DNA of 64,000 bases from the NCBI GenBank assembly GCA_038861545.1, contig JAWCCZ010000001.1, forward strand, positions 352,001-416,000, read 5' to 3'. Positions 18,955 through 29,248 of this stretch are shown piece by piece. The stretch is from Thermofilaceae archaeon. Its GTDB lineage: Archaea; Thermoproteota; Thermoprotei; Thermofilales; Thermofilaceae. The stretch's first letter is position 1. Each line of letters starts with the position of its first letter. Made by a program: the position numbers and the translations under genes. Under the pieces are notes generated by a model. It saw only the letters and a program-made list of their open reading frames with translations. It did no database searches and was not told the DNA's origin.

Positions 18955-19770
18955 CTAGAAAAGGCTTTTTTGGGCTACGCCTCTAGTAAGCTTGAGCGAA
19001 TCACCCAGCGAGAGGTGAATTACACTCACATTGGTTTCCCACGCTCTTGCTATCGTTTCCACAAGTTTAGGATCTTCTCTAGTCTTCTTCCACATATCGA
19101 AGTGCAACGGCACAATAACTTTCGCGTTAAGGTCTATCGCCGCTCGAACAGCATCACAAGGCGTCATATAGTCGTCTCTCCCCCTAAGGTTTCTGCCAAT
19201 ACAAAGGAAGGCAAGGTCTACAACGTAGTGGTCCCCTATATCCTTCAATCCGGGGAAATAGGAGGAATCTCCGCTATGGAAAATACTTCCTCCAGGGGTT
19301 TCAAGTAGATATGTTACAGCATGTTCTGAGTATAAGTCCCTAGCTTCAAATACTCTTAGCAGCATGTCGGTGCTCACCTTTAGCGAATCGCCTGGCTGTA
19401 CTTCTATTACGTTACCCTTAATTTTCTCGCTTGCTAACCAAGCCCTTACTCTTCCGGCAGAAGACGCAGGGCCGATGAATTTCGCACCAGTTTGTGCTAA
19501 TACAGGTACTATTGTCTCCCGGTGACAATGATCGGTATGCTCGTGTGTTGAAAGAATAGCCGTAGCTACCTTAATATCCGTTACGTCGACCGGCACCGCG
19601 ATCATGCGTAACCATTCCCTTGAGGGTGAGCCGCCGAAGTATGGGTCGACGTATATGAGTGACTCGCTACTCCTAACTGCAATACCGGCTCCTCCAAGAA
19701 ACCAAGCGATAACCTCGTTATGGCCTGGCTCGGCGTTTTCTATTTCCTCTATTAGATACCGCCCCCACAT
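18955..19770 (-). CDS. Metallo-beta-lactamase-fold hydrolase, UlaG-like
   Basis: WFLGGAG, VDPYF, STHEHTDHC, FHSGDS, PLHFDMW. Confidence 0.85.
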   Translation of the reverse strand: MWGRYLIEEIENAEPGHNEVIAWFLGGAGIAVRSSESLIYVDPYFGGSPSREWLRMIAVPVDVTDIKVATAILSTHEHTDHCHRETIVPVLAQTGAKFIGPASSAGRVRAWLASEKIKGNVIEVQPGDSLKVSTDMLLRVFEARDLYSEHAVTYLLETPGGSIFHSGDSSYFPGLKDIGDHYVVDLAFLCIGRNLRGRDDYMTPCDAVRAAIDLNAKVIVPLHFDMWKKTREDPKLVETIARAWETNVSVIHLSLGDSLKLTRGVAQKSLF

Positions 19771-19973
19771 ATGCTTCGAATCACCTATGGAATCTTATCT
19801 TAAGTTTAATGTTTCCTAGTACTTTACCGGGACTTTTCAATATCCATTGTACCCTATAAATGTAAACCTCGCTTTGAGCAACTTAAAGTATTTTAGTCAT
19901 ATCTCATCTTTTTAATATTTCTTGCTAAATTATTTATCGAAAATAATAAAAATGTTTGAATCTTCTAAAATAC

Positions 19974-21865
19974 ATGGATGATAGAGACTCTTACCTGTGG
20001 CTTGAAAATATTGAAGAGCCTGTTGTAGTCAAGTGGGCTCTTGAAAGAGACAGTAAGACTAGGGAAAACTTCACGGGTTTTCGGAGAAACTCGAACCACG
20101 AGTTTCTAAGTACTTCTCATTACCTAGGATTCTTTCCGTTAAATGTACGGGCAAGGGTTGCTTCATCCTTAAAAGGGAGGCAATGAAATTTAGTACAGAG
20201 CTGCTATACCGAGACGGCGATAGAAAGGTTCTCGTAAGCTCTGATGAAATAGGTGAAGGCATAATAATAACCAGTTTATATGCTTCGCAGGATGGAGAGT
20301 TATTTGCCTACTTCTTCACGAAGGGGTCTGATGAAGGAGTGCTTAGAATTGCTGAGACGGAAAGTGGTGAAAAAGTCGACGAGATCAAAGGAGTTGTAGG
20401 GTCTATAGTGTTTCTCGATGATGGTAGCTACTACTACATTAGACAGTATAGAAAAGATAGAACGCCAGATGGCATCAAGCCGCCAGCCGAGCGGGTCTTT
20501 CATAGGGCGGACGGGGGCGAGGAGATGGTTTTCGGTAAGGGTATACCTACTCAATACCATATGTGGCTCGAGGCCTCGAGCGACGCCTCTAAGGCATTAC
20601 TGACCCTGATGCGCGGTTGGAGTTCAAGTAAGGTATATGGAGGAGACTTAAAAGAGCCAGCACAGTGGAAGCACATTTACGGAACGGGAGAGTTTTTGGT
20701 CAACCACATAGATTATTCAAGTGGATTCTACTTCATCGCCTCATACGAGGGAGCGGGTCGGGGCAGAGTGCTCTCCGTGAGAGAAGATGGATCAATCAAA
20801 TTGTTAGTTAGAGAAAGCTCATGTGTGCTCAAAGACGCTATGCTGGTTGAAAAAGAACTTTTACTACATTACCTCGTCGACTGTTCCTCAGAACTTGTAT
20901 CTTTTAATCTCACTAGTCGAAAGCGGCACAAACTGCCCATTGAGCACCCAGGATCTATCACGACGGTATCCTCAGGATTAAGGGAGGCGGTACTCGTATT
21001 TGAATCGTTCAACGTTCCATTTAAGCTTTACAGGTACTCAAAAGGCAAACTTAAACTGCTTTTGTCTGAAGAGTTAAGCAACGGTTTCATCGTAGAGGAA
21101 TGCTGGGTTACATCTAGAGATGGAACGAAAGTTCACGCATTTGTATTCAGGAAAGATGGAGTGAGTGCCGATAAAATCCTGCTATACGGGTACGGAGGAT
21201 TCGGGATTTCGCTGACACCTACATTTTCACCTGGAACGGTGGTTTTTGTGGAAGATGGGGGTACATACGTGGTAGCTAACCTGCGCGGTGGTGGAGAGTA
21301 TGGCGAAGAGTGGCATAGAGCAGGTATGGGTAGGAATAAGCAAAATGTTTTTGAAGACTTTATCGCTTGTGCTGAATATTTCAAAAGTAAAGGGGCTAAA
21401 GTGGTGGCTCACGGTGTAAGTAACGGCGGACTACTTGTTGGGGCTGTTTTAACTCAGAATCCGGAGTTACTTGATGGAGCGGTAATCGGATACCCGGTGC
21501 TTGACATGCTCAGGTTTCCCAAGCTACACATAGGTAAACTCTGGGTATCAGAGTACGGGAACCCTGACGATCCTGAAGAGAGGGAGTATTTACTCAGGTA
21601 TTCACCTTACCATAATATAAGAGTCGTAGAATATCCCCCAGTATTGGTGTATACTGGTCTGCAGGATGATCGGGTTCACCCAGCACATGCGTTAAAATTC
21701 GTCGCAAAATTAGAAGAAGTTGGAGCTAAGGTTCTGCTAAGAGTAGAGCAGGCTAGCGGCCACATGGGAGCCGCTCCTCGGCTTAAAGCTAAGGAAGCCA
21801 GCGATATTTTAGCGTTTATTTACAAGGTTCTGGGTTTAAAACCAAGGTTAGGTATACACGAGTAA
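19974..21865 (+). CDS. Prolyl oligopeptidase (S9A), with one frameshift near 20065
   Basis: D.YLWLEN N-terminus, YGYGGF, NLRGGGEYG, GVSNGGL (Ser), DDRV (Asp), SGHMG (His); adding one A to A4 at 20065-20068 joins ORFs 19956 and 20183. Confidence 0.88.
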
Positions 21866-21912
21866 ATATAATTAAAAACCTACTATAGCAAAAGTATTGG
21901 AAAAGTGTGGAG

Positions 21913-22966
21913 TTGAAAAAAAGGTTTCTGGGTCAATTTACCAGAGGTTCTTGAAAAGGGAGTCGAAAAATCAGTTAGGCAATTAAAGTCGATTGGTGCA
22001 GAGGAGGTTTATATTCTTATTTCAAGTGGCTCTGGGACTCTTTATCCCAGTGTTATACGGCCGCAGGAAGAGAGGTTCACGGGTAAGGATTTAGTCACTC
22101 CTTTTGTTAAAGAAGCTAAAAGGCAAGGGTTAGAGGTGCATGCTTGGGTAGTTTCCTTAAACTTCTATAACTCCAAATTTATTCAGGGAAGAGCGAACTT
22201 ATACGTTGTAAACAAAGAAGGTATTACTTGCTTAAAAGATCCACCTTACGTAACCTATTACAAATGGCTTTGCTCAAGTAGGGCAGAAGTGCGAGACAAC
22301 CTAACAGATCTACTAATTGAAATTATCTCAAAGTACGAGGTCGATGGAGTACACCTTGATTACATAAGATTCCCGGATGTGATTCTTCCCAAGGCTTTGA
22401 GAAGCAAATACGAGGGAGTACCCAGCGAAGAAATCATCCTCCCCAAATTTGACTATTGTTATTGTGCTGTTTGCAGAGATGGATTTGAGAAGGATTTCGG
22501 CGTAAATCCTATGAAGCTGAGGATACTGGAGCCAGCTTATGGGAAATGGTTTGGATGGCGTGCGAGGAAAATAACAGAGCTTGTCAAATTTGTGTATAGA
22601 AAAGTAAAAAATATGACCTAAATATTCAAGTTTCTGCCGCCGTCTTCGCATCCCCTAAACTAGCTTACGAGTATGTTTTACAGGACTGGCCGCATTGGGA
22701 GTTAGACCACTACAATCCGATGATTTATCATAAATATTATGACATGGATTACAGGTGGATTGGGAAAGCTGTGAGGGAGGGTGTGCTGAGAGGTACTGAG
22801 GTTCGAGCCGGTATTCTGTTAGACTTTTTTTGAATCTAAGGGGGAATTAAAGGAGTCCCTGAGTCAAATTAAAGATAATAGTGCATCGGGAGTAACATTC
22901 TTTATCTATCCGCTCCCCAGAGCCAAGCTTCTAGACTGGGTTAAGGAAAGCTGTGCCGCTGTCTGA
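21913..22966 (+). pseudogene. GHL10 (DUF187-like) glycoside hydrolase broken by three homopolymer indels
   Basis: Reconstructed KKGFWVN...GLEVHAW...YEVDGVHLDYIRFP...VSAAVF...QDWPHW...PMIY; breaks at A7 21916-21922, A6 22606-22611 and T7 22825-22831. Confidence 0.78.
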
Positions 22967-23066
22967 GTTTCTTGTGTACAGTTAACCTTGCCGGAAATTC
23001 TACCGCTGGATATATGTAGTTAATGTTATGTTTTTTTACCACGGTAGCTCTTTTTATACGATAAGG

Positions 23067-25238
23067 ATGGTGACAATAGACCAGCTCGAAAAATTACTTT
23101 CTCAAATGAATTTGGAGGAAAAAGCTAAACTCCTCGTAGGCATAGGGATGCCTGGTTGGTTTGGGAATCCTCATTCAAGAGTTCAAGGCGCTGCTGGAGA
23201 GACGCACCCTATAGAGAGGTTAGGTATATCTTCTGTGGTTATGGCTGATGGACCAGCTGGTGTTAGAATTAATCCTACACGAGAAGGCGATGTTAGGACT
23301 TTTCATGCTACAGCTTTCCCAGTAGCCACCATGCTGGCTTCAACTTGGAATCTTGAATTGGTGGAGAAAGTCGGAGAAGCTATGGGTGAGGAGGCAAGAG
23401 AGTACGGCGTTGATATTCTTCTTGCACCGGGTATAAATATACACAGGAATCCCTTGTGTGGGAGGAATTTCGAGTACTACAGCGAGGATCCATTGCTTAC
23501 TGGGGAGATAGCTGCCGCTTTTGTTAAAGGTGTGCAATCGCGGGGAGTTGGCGCGTGTTTAAAGCATTTTGTGGCTAATGAGCAAGAGACGAATAGGTTT
23601 ATCGTAGATACAATAGTTTCAGAGAGAGCTTTAAGAGAGATTTACCTAAAGGGGTTTGAGATAGCTGTCAAGAAAGCTAAACCTTGGGTTGTGATGAGTG
23701 CTTACAATAAGCTTAATGGTAAATATTGCTCGCAAAACGAGTGGCTATTAACAAAAGTCCTTAGGGAGGAATGGGGCTTCGATGGGTTCGTTGTTACTGA
23801 CTGGTTCGCAGGAGAAGACCCCGTAGAGCAACTGAAAGCCGGTAACGATATGATCATGCCTGGGAGAGCCCACCAGATAAACCCAAATAGGAAGGATGAA
23901 GTAACCGAGCTAGTAAACGCTGTAAAAGAGGGAAGGCTGAGCGAAGATACTCTTAATGCCAGTTTAAAACGTGTGTTAAGTGTACTTTCAAGAACTTTGG
24001 CTTTCAAAGGTTACAGGTGCTCTAACGCTCCTGATCTCAATGCCCACGCTAAGATCGCATATGAAGCAGGAGCAGAAGGGGTTATTCTATTGAAAAACGA
24101 AAACGTGCTTCCGTTAAAGGAGAACACAAGAGTTGCCTTATTCGGGACTGGACAAATCGAGACGATTAGAGGTGGCACAGGAAGTGGCTGGACTCATCCA
24201 AGGTATGCCGTAACAATTCTAGAGGGTATGAGAAGTAGCAGGCTGAAGGTGGACGAAGAGTTGGCTAAAACATACGAGAGCTACGTGCGAGAGATGCGAG
24301 AAAGGGAGGAGTATAAGGTGAAAACATTCTTCGGTCAGCCAGTCTTAACACCTTTACCGGAGGATTTCTTAGACGAAAAGTCTGTGAAAATGTATGCGGA
24401 AAGGAATGATGTCGCCGTCATAGTCATAAGCAGAATATCGGGCGAAGGAGCTGATAGGAAACCAGAAGAAGGGGATTTTTACCTATCTAAGAGCGAGCGA
24501 GTACTTTTAACGAAGGTAACTTCAGCTTTTCACGCTCTCGGCAAGAAAGTTATCGCTGTTTTAAACATCGGTTCTCCTATCGAAGTAGCGAGCTGGAGGG
24601 ATCAGGTAGACGCTATACTGTTAGTGTGGCAAGCTGGTCAGGAAATCGGCCGGGTAGTAGCCGATGTCATAATTGGAGTAATAAACCCTTCAGGTAAGCT
24701 TCCCACGACTTTTCCCAAGGATTACGAGGACGTTCCATCTTGGACTTTCCCTGGCGAGCCTAGGGATAACCCGAAGAAGGTTGTATACGAAGAAGGCATT
24801 TACGTAGGTTACAGGTTCTATGATACGTTTGGTGTAGAACCTGCTTACGAGTTTGGATACGGGCTCAGCTACACGACTTTCGAGTACAGGAACCTCAAGG
24901 TAACGGTTGAAGGCGACTCGGCGAGGGTATCGTTTGAGGTTTTAAACACGGGGAAGTATCCCGGAAAGGAGGCTGCTCAGGTTTACGTGAAAGCGCCAAA
25001 AGGTAGAATTGATAAACCGTTTCAAGAGCTGAAAGGTTTCCGTAAAACAAAGCTTCTTAACCCCAATGAGGTCGAGACAGTTGAGATAATTATCGGTATC
25101 AAATCTCTTGCTAGCTTTGACGGTACAGAATGGATTGTGGAAAAAGGAGACTACGAGGTTAGAGTTGGTTCTTCTTCTAGAGATATAAGGCTGACAGGAG
25201 TTTTCAATATAGATAAGGACATTAGGTTTAAACCCTAG
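23067..25238 (+). CDS. GH3 beta-glucosidase
   Basis: ADGPAG, RNPLCGRNFEYYSEDP, LKHF, MSAYN, VTDW (nucleophile), SGEGADR, C-terminal FnIII-like domain; ATG 23067 chosen. Confidence 0.93.
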   Translation: MVTIDQLEKLLSQMNLEEKAKLLVGIGMPGWFGNPHSRVQGAAGETHPIERLGISSVVMADGPAGVRINPTREGDVRTFHATAFPVATMLASTWNLELVEKVGEAMGEEAREYGVDILLAPGINIHRNPLCGRNFEYYSEDPLLTGEIAAAFVKGVQSRGVGACLKHFVANEQETNRFIVDTIVSERALREIYLKGFEIAVKKAKPWVVMSAYNKLNGKYCSQNEWLLTKVLREEWGFDGFVVTDWFAGEDPVEQLKAGNDMIMPGRAHQINPNRKDEVTELVNAVKEGRLSEDTLNASLKRVLSVLSRTLAFKGYRCSNAPDLNAHAKIAYEAGAEGVILLKNENVLPLKENTRVALFGTGQIETIRGGTGSGWTHPRYAVTILEGMRSSRLKVDEELAKTYESYVREMREREEYKVKTFFGQPVLTPLPEDFLDEKSVKMYAERNDVAVIVISRISGEGADRKPEEGDFYLSKSERVLLTKVTSAFHALGKKVIAVLNIGSPIEVASWRDQVDAILLVWQAGQEIGRVVADVIIGVINPSGKLPTTFPKDYEDVPSWTFPGEPRDNPKKVVYEEGIYVGYRFYDTFGVEPAYEFGYGLSYTTFEYRNLKVTVEGDSARVSFEVLNTGKYPGKEAAQVYVKAPKGRIDKPFQELKGFRKTKLLNPNEVETVEIIIGIKSLASFDGTEWIVEKGDYEVRVGSSSRDIRLTGVFNIDKDIRFKP

Positions 25239-25241
25239 CAC

Positions 25242-26768
25242 TTAGGCGATTTGAGCTAACTCCTTAAATTTTTCTTTAAGAGCTGGATAAAGTTCCCTGT
25301 ACAGTTTATAATAACTGTTATACAATTCTCCGTTAACAGGGTTGTACTTAATATAATCTTTCGTTCTCACCATTCCTTTAACTGCGTCCTTAACTGAACT
25401 GTAAGCACCAACGCCTACGCTGGCGAGTATAGCTGCGCCAAATGAAGAACCTTCATCTACCTCCATCGTGTACGCATCTGCTCCGAGCACGTCTGCAAGT
25501 ATCTGCCTCCACAAAGCGCTGCGAGCGCCACCGCCTAAAACCCTTATTTCCCTAGCCTTTACCCCTAGAGAGCCCATAAGCTCTAGGGAATCCCTTAACC
25601 CATAACAAACACCCTCCAGTATTGCTCGTATGATATGCGTACGGCCATGCTTTAAAGAAAGCCCGAAAAACACCCCACGGGCATAAGGATCGGCATGCGG
25701 TGTGCGTTCTCCGCTTAAGTACGGTAGGAAGATAAGGCCTTCAGAGCCAGGCGGAGTATTTTCAGCTTCCTTGCATAAAACATCATAAGGGTCTACTCCG
25801 ATAATCTCTGCTAAGCTTTTCTCAAGCTGGCCTAGCTTATCTCGGAACCATCTAAAGCTTCCCCCTGCAGCCAGCATAACCCCCATCAAATGCCAAGCGC
25901 CTGGTACGGCATGACAAAAGCCGTGGAGCCTTCCTAGGGGATCATACCTATAAGCGTCGCTGTGAGTGAACACGACGCCTGAGGTACCAATGTTTACAGA
26001 GACTATACCTTCTTCTATAACACCAGCTCCCACGCCAGCAGCCCCTTGATCGCCCGCGCCAGCTACCACAGGTATTCCTTTCCGCAATCCAATTTCTTCA
26101 CTGGCCTCCGCAATAACTTCACCTCTAACTTCAGGAGACTCTAGGAACTCTGGCAAGGACTCGTAAGGTATGCCGAGCTCTTCAACCATCTCATCAGACC
26201 ATCTCCTGTTTTTAACGTCGAAAAGGGATGTACCTGACGCATCGTTAACATCGGTCTTAACCTCGCCCGTTAGCCTGAACCCCACGTAGTCTTTAGGTAG
26301 CATGAATTTCCACATAGCGTTAAAGTTCTCTGGTTCATGCCTTTTAACCCATAAAAGCTTCGGCGCCGTAAAACCGGTATGTGCTATGTTCCCCGTGATC
26401 GAGACTAGCCGTTCCAGGCCTATTTTCTTGTTTATGTACTCAGCTTCCTCACCTGTGCGTTGGTCATTCCACAAGATAGCTGGCCTTATAACCTTCATCC
26501 CACGGTTTAACATTACCAGCCCGTGCATCTGCCCAGTCAAGCCTATTCCTTCCACATACTCAGGCTTAATGCGGCTTTTCTCTAACACTGTTTTGGTCGA
26601 TCTAACAGTAGCTGCCCACCATTCATCGGGATGTTGCTCAGTCCAGCCAACTTTAGGAGTGTATAACGGGTACTCGGAGGTGTGGGAGGTTACAACAACA
26701 CCCTGTTCATTGATTAGCAAAACTTTAGTGCCAGTCGTCCCCACGTCGATTCCGAGGAAATATGGCAA
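25242..26768 (-). CDS. xylB: Xylulokinase (FGGY family)
   Basis: GIDVGTTGTK, GLTGQMHG, ILWNDQRT, GFTAPKLLW, FLPYLSGERTP, GGGARS. Confidence 0.85.
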   Translation of the reverse strand: MPYFLGIDVGTTGTKVLLINEQGVVVTSHTSEYPLYTPKVGWTEQHPDEWWAATVRSTKTVLEKSRIKPEYVEGIGLTGQMHGLVMLNRGMKVIRPAILWNDQRTGEEAEYINKKIGLERLVSITGNIAHTGFTAPKLLWVKRHEPENFNAMWKFMLPKDYVGFRLTGEVKTDVNDASGTSLFDVKNRRWSDEMVEELGIPYESLPEFLESPEVRGEVIAEASEEIGLRKGIPVVAGAGDQGAAGVGAGVIEEGIVSVNIGTSGVVFTHSDAYRYDPLGRLHGFCHAVPGAWHLMGVMLAAGGSFRWFRDKLGQLEKSLAEIIGVDPYDVLCKEAENTPPGSEGLIFLPYLSGERTPHADPYARGVFFGLSLKHGRTHIIRAILEGVCYGLRDSLELMGSLGVKAREIRVLGGGARSALWRQILADVLGADAYTMEVDEGSSFGAAILASVGVGAYSSVKDAVKGMVRTKDYIKYNPVNGELYNSYYKLYRELYPALKEKFKELAQIA

Positions 26769-26860
26769 GATGGATCCCCAGTAATTTTCAGCACGCTCGT
26801 AATTATTATTAGCGCCAACTTACTGTATATACGGGATTACAAATGAATTGGAAGGCTAAC

Positions 26861-27535
26861 ATGCGCAAGATTCTGATCTCAGGATCTATATTGGATGCCG
26901 ATTTTTCGAACTTAGCTGCCCAGGTCGCCACCGCGGTGAAAGGCGGCTTAGATTTACTGCATTTTGACATAGCTGATACGACGTTTACACCAACTATCAG
27001 CTTTGGACCAAAGGTAGTTTCCTCTATTCTTAAAGCGGTGGGAGTCCCAGGTGAAGCGCACCTAATGGTCTCCTCTCCTATGCAACTTGTGCAACAGTTA
27101 GCTGGTTTAGACTTAACACGTATATATTTCCACGTAGAAGCAACCTCAACACCTTATCGAGTAATATCCAAGATAAAAAACATCGGCGCCGACGCAGGCT
27201 TGGTCCTAAACCCCTCGACCAGCTTAAGCGCCGTAGAGTATCTGCTAGCCGATGTAGACTCTATTCTGGTTTTGCTTGTTGAGCCAGGGTTAGGGGGTCA
27301 AGAAATGATGGATCGACTATTAAACAAGGTGCGTGCTCTCCAATTGCTAAAAGAGAAAGAAGGTTTCAAATACTCGATAGCTGTTGACGGCGGGATCAAA
27401 CCGCATAACGTAGTAGAGGTAGCTAGAGCTGGCGCGGATATTGTAGTCATAGGTTCTGCGATATTCGGAAGTAAGGACCCCCTTGCATCGGTTGCCGGGA
27501 TAAGAGAAAAGCTCCGTGAAGCTGGTTTTCTTTAA
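26861..27535 (+). CDS. rpe: Ribulose-phosphate 3-epimerase
   Basis: SILDADF, LHFDIAD, EAHLMV, VEPGLGGQ, VDGGI, GSAIF. Confidence 0.88.
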   Translation: MRKILISGSILDADFSNLAAQVATAVKGGLDLLHFDIADTTFTPTISFGPKVVSSILKAVGVPGEAHLMVSSPMQLVQQLAGLDLTRIYFHVEATSTPYRVISKIKNIGADAGLVLNPSTSLSAVEYLLADVDSILVLLVEPGLGGQEMMDRLLNKVRALQLLKEKEGFKYSIAVDGGIKPHNVVEVARAGADIVVIGSAIFGSKDPLASVAGIREKLREAGFL

Positions 27536-28440
27536 AACTCTATTAACCGGGCCGGCCCCCACTCAATATTGCTTACTAAAACTTTAGCCTTAAGTTTTCT
27601 TAGACATTCAGCAACCTGCTCCGCACAGTCTCTATAGGCTAATGCGAAAACGGTTTCTCCTATCATGGCTTGCGATGCACCTATCGCACCAGTTCTCTCA
27701 GCCTTGATTATAGCGTCCCGCACCCGCTCAGTTACGAAACCTGCTTGCTCGGTGAAAATCCTACAGCAATTTATAAAGTTCTCAAGGGTCGGGTTATCAA
27801 CCAGCTTACTCACTAGTTTCTGCCCGAGTTCGTTTACTTTGTTAATGTTAGTTTTTGAGAGAGCTACCCGCTTATCGATACTTGAGAAGAAGCCGATAAC
27901 TACCTTCAAGCCTGGATCCACGAGTATCCTGTCGACTTTATCAAATCCAGGGGCACCGGGTTCCCGTACCACGACAACACCACCAACAACTAGACCCGAT
28001 ATAGTTCCCAAACCAGTACCCTCCTCGATTTCCGCTACATGGGCTTCCCGGGCTAGCTCGTAATAACTCATTTTAACATTCAAGGCTTTTCCTAATGCGA
28101 TTGCCATGGCGAGAGCGCACGCACCACTGGTTCCTAGACCACCCCCTATCGGTACTTTCACGTACTGTTTTACAGTAACCCTATAGTTTCCTTCGACTTT
28201 ACCTTTCTCTAAAACTCTTTGGAGAATTCTTTTAGCGAGACCCAGCTCGACTTTACTACCATTCAAGTAGGTATCAAGGGACCATTTTTTCCCCTCTTCA
28301 ATTTCCACGATCACTTCTACTCCTTTAGTCAGCACTATACCGGCTCCTCTGGCGCCTTTGCAGTAGGGGTCTAAAGGATCGGTATAAGCGGAGAAAATAC
28401 CTGACAAACCAGCAGGTGAGTATGCTTTCACGGCTTTCAT
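27532..28440 (-). CDS. Pantoate kinase (archaeal GHMP kinase)
   Basis: GARGAG, PIGGGLGTSGA, AHVAEI..GTGLG, R.PGAPG, SQAMIGETVF. Confidence 0.8.
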   Translation of the reverse strand: MKAVKAYSPAGLSGIFSAYTDPLDPYCKGARGAGIVLTKGVEVIVEIEEGKKWSLDTYLNGSKVELGLAKRILQRVLEKGKVEGNYRVTVKQYVKVPIGGGLGTSGACALAMAIALGKALNVKMSYYELAREAHVAEIEEGTGLGTISGLVVGGVVVVREPGAPGFDKVDRILVDPGLKVVIGFFSSIDKRVALSKTNINKVNELGQKLVSKLVDNPTLENFINCCRIFTEQAGFVTERVRDAIIKAERTGAIGASQAMIGETVFALAYRDCAEQVAECLRKLKAKVLVSNIEWGPARLIEF

Positions 28441-29150
28441 TTATTCGCACCTGGCAAAATTCTCCCAACGGTTTTCATTATGGGTGGAACAAGAGCAGTC
28501 ATAAACGGTATTTCGGTTGCGTAAGTCCATACAAACCAGGCTAGCGCTGCCGAGACGGCTAACCGTGAAGTTCCCGAGGGCAATGTGAAAAATTGGCTGT
28601 AAGCGTAAACCCCAAGGCCGATGATCCCAGATCCCAGTATCAAGCCAGTATTGCAAGCCAGCGCTATGCTCGGAGAGCCTATGCTGCTGTAAGCTATGGT
28701 AAAAAAGGCAGCTACTCCGACGCCAAGCAAGTATGCAATAGCCTCAGGCCAGGTAAGTAGTCCACTTTGTAGGAGTGCAATTATTAGGGCGGCTACTCCA
28801 AACTCTTCAAGAATTGCTGCAAGTAACCATGTCTTGCCGCTGTTTTTAATACGCTCATGGAGAGCACCGATAACGAAAAAGCAGAGAAAATTAGCAGGAA
28901 CACCAACAGTTAAGCTGAGAAGCATGTTGCCATGAATTAGCATGTCACTGATGAAAATACCAATAGCTGCTCCTAACCCTCCGATTAAACCTCCGAAAAG
29001 GACAGCGAAGAGTGCTGGTACAAAAACGGATGGCCAAAACCTCACTACTCCGATAACCGGGGTGAATAAACCTAGGTAGCTAGCGTAGCCTAGCGTTGCG
29101 TAAAGAGCTGCGTTTAGGGAGACGAGCGATACAAGCCTGCTTAACCTCAC
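28437..29150 (-). CDS. Solitary ECF S-component-like membrane protein
   Basis: AALYA start, VRFWP, GGLGAAIGIFISD; 4-nt ATGA overlap with pantoate kinase. Confidence 0.72.
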   Translation of the reverse strand: MRLSRLVSLVSLNAALYATLGYASYLGLFTPVIGVVRFWPSVFVPALFAVLFGGLIGGLGAAIGIFISDMLIHGNMLLSLTVGVPANFLCFFVIGALHERIKNSGKTWLLAAILEEFGVAALIIALLQSGLLTWPEAIAYLLGVGVAAFFTIAYSSIGSPSIALACNTGLILGSGIIGLGVYAYSQFFTLPSGTSRLAVSAALAWFVWTYATEIPFMTALVPPIMKTVGRILPGANK

Positions 29151-29183
29151 AGCATACTATGCTGACCCCGAACTATAAACATC

Positions 29184-29212
29184 GTGTTCAAGAAGTTTAA
29201 TTTCTTGAACAC
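29184..29212. promoter_or_regulatory. Perfect 11-bp palindrome between divergent promoters (candidate operator)
   Basis: GTGTTCAAGAA-N7-TTCTTGAACAC, between TATA-like boxes at ~29174-29179 (minus) and ~29221-29227 (plus). Confidence 0.6.
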
Positions 29213-29248
29213 AGGTACGCTTTTATTTCAGGAGCTTTACGTTGAAAC

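Noticed and set aside
29184-29212. Palindrome as a dif site for XerA
   Set aside because: The spacer is 7 nt rather than 6 and the inner TAA/TTA of dif sites is absent; the position fits an operator better
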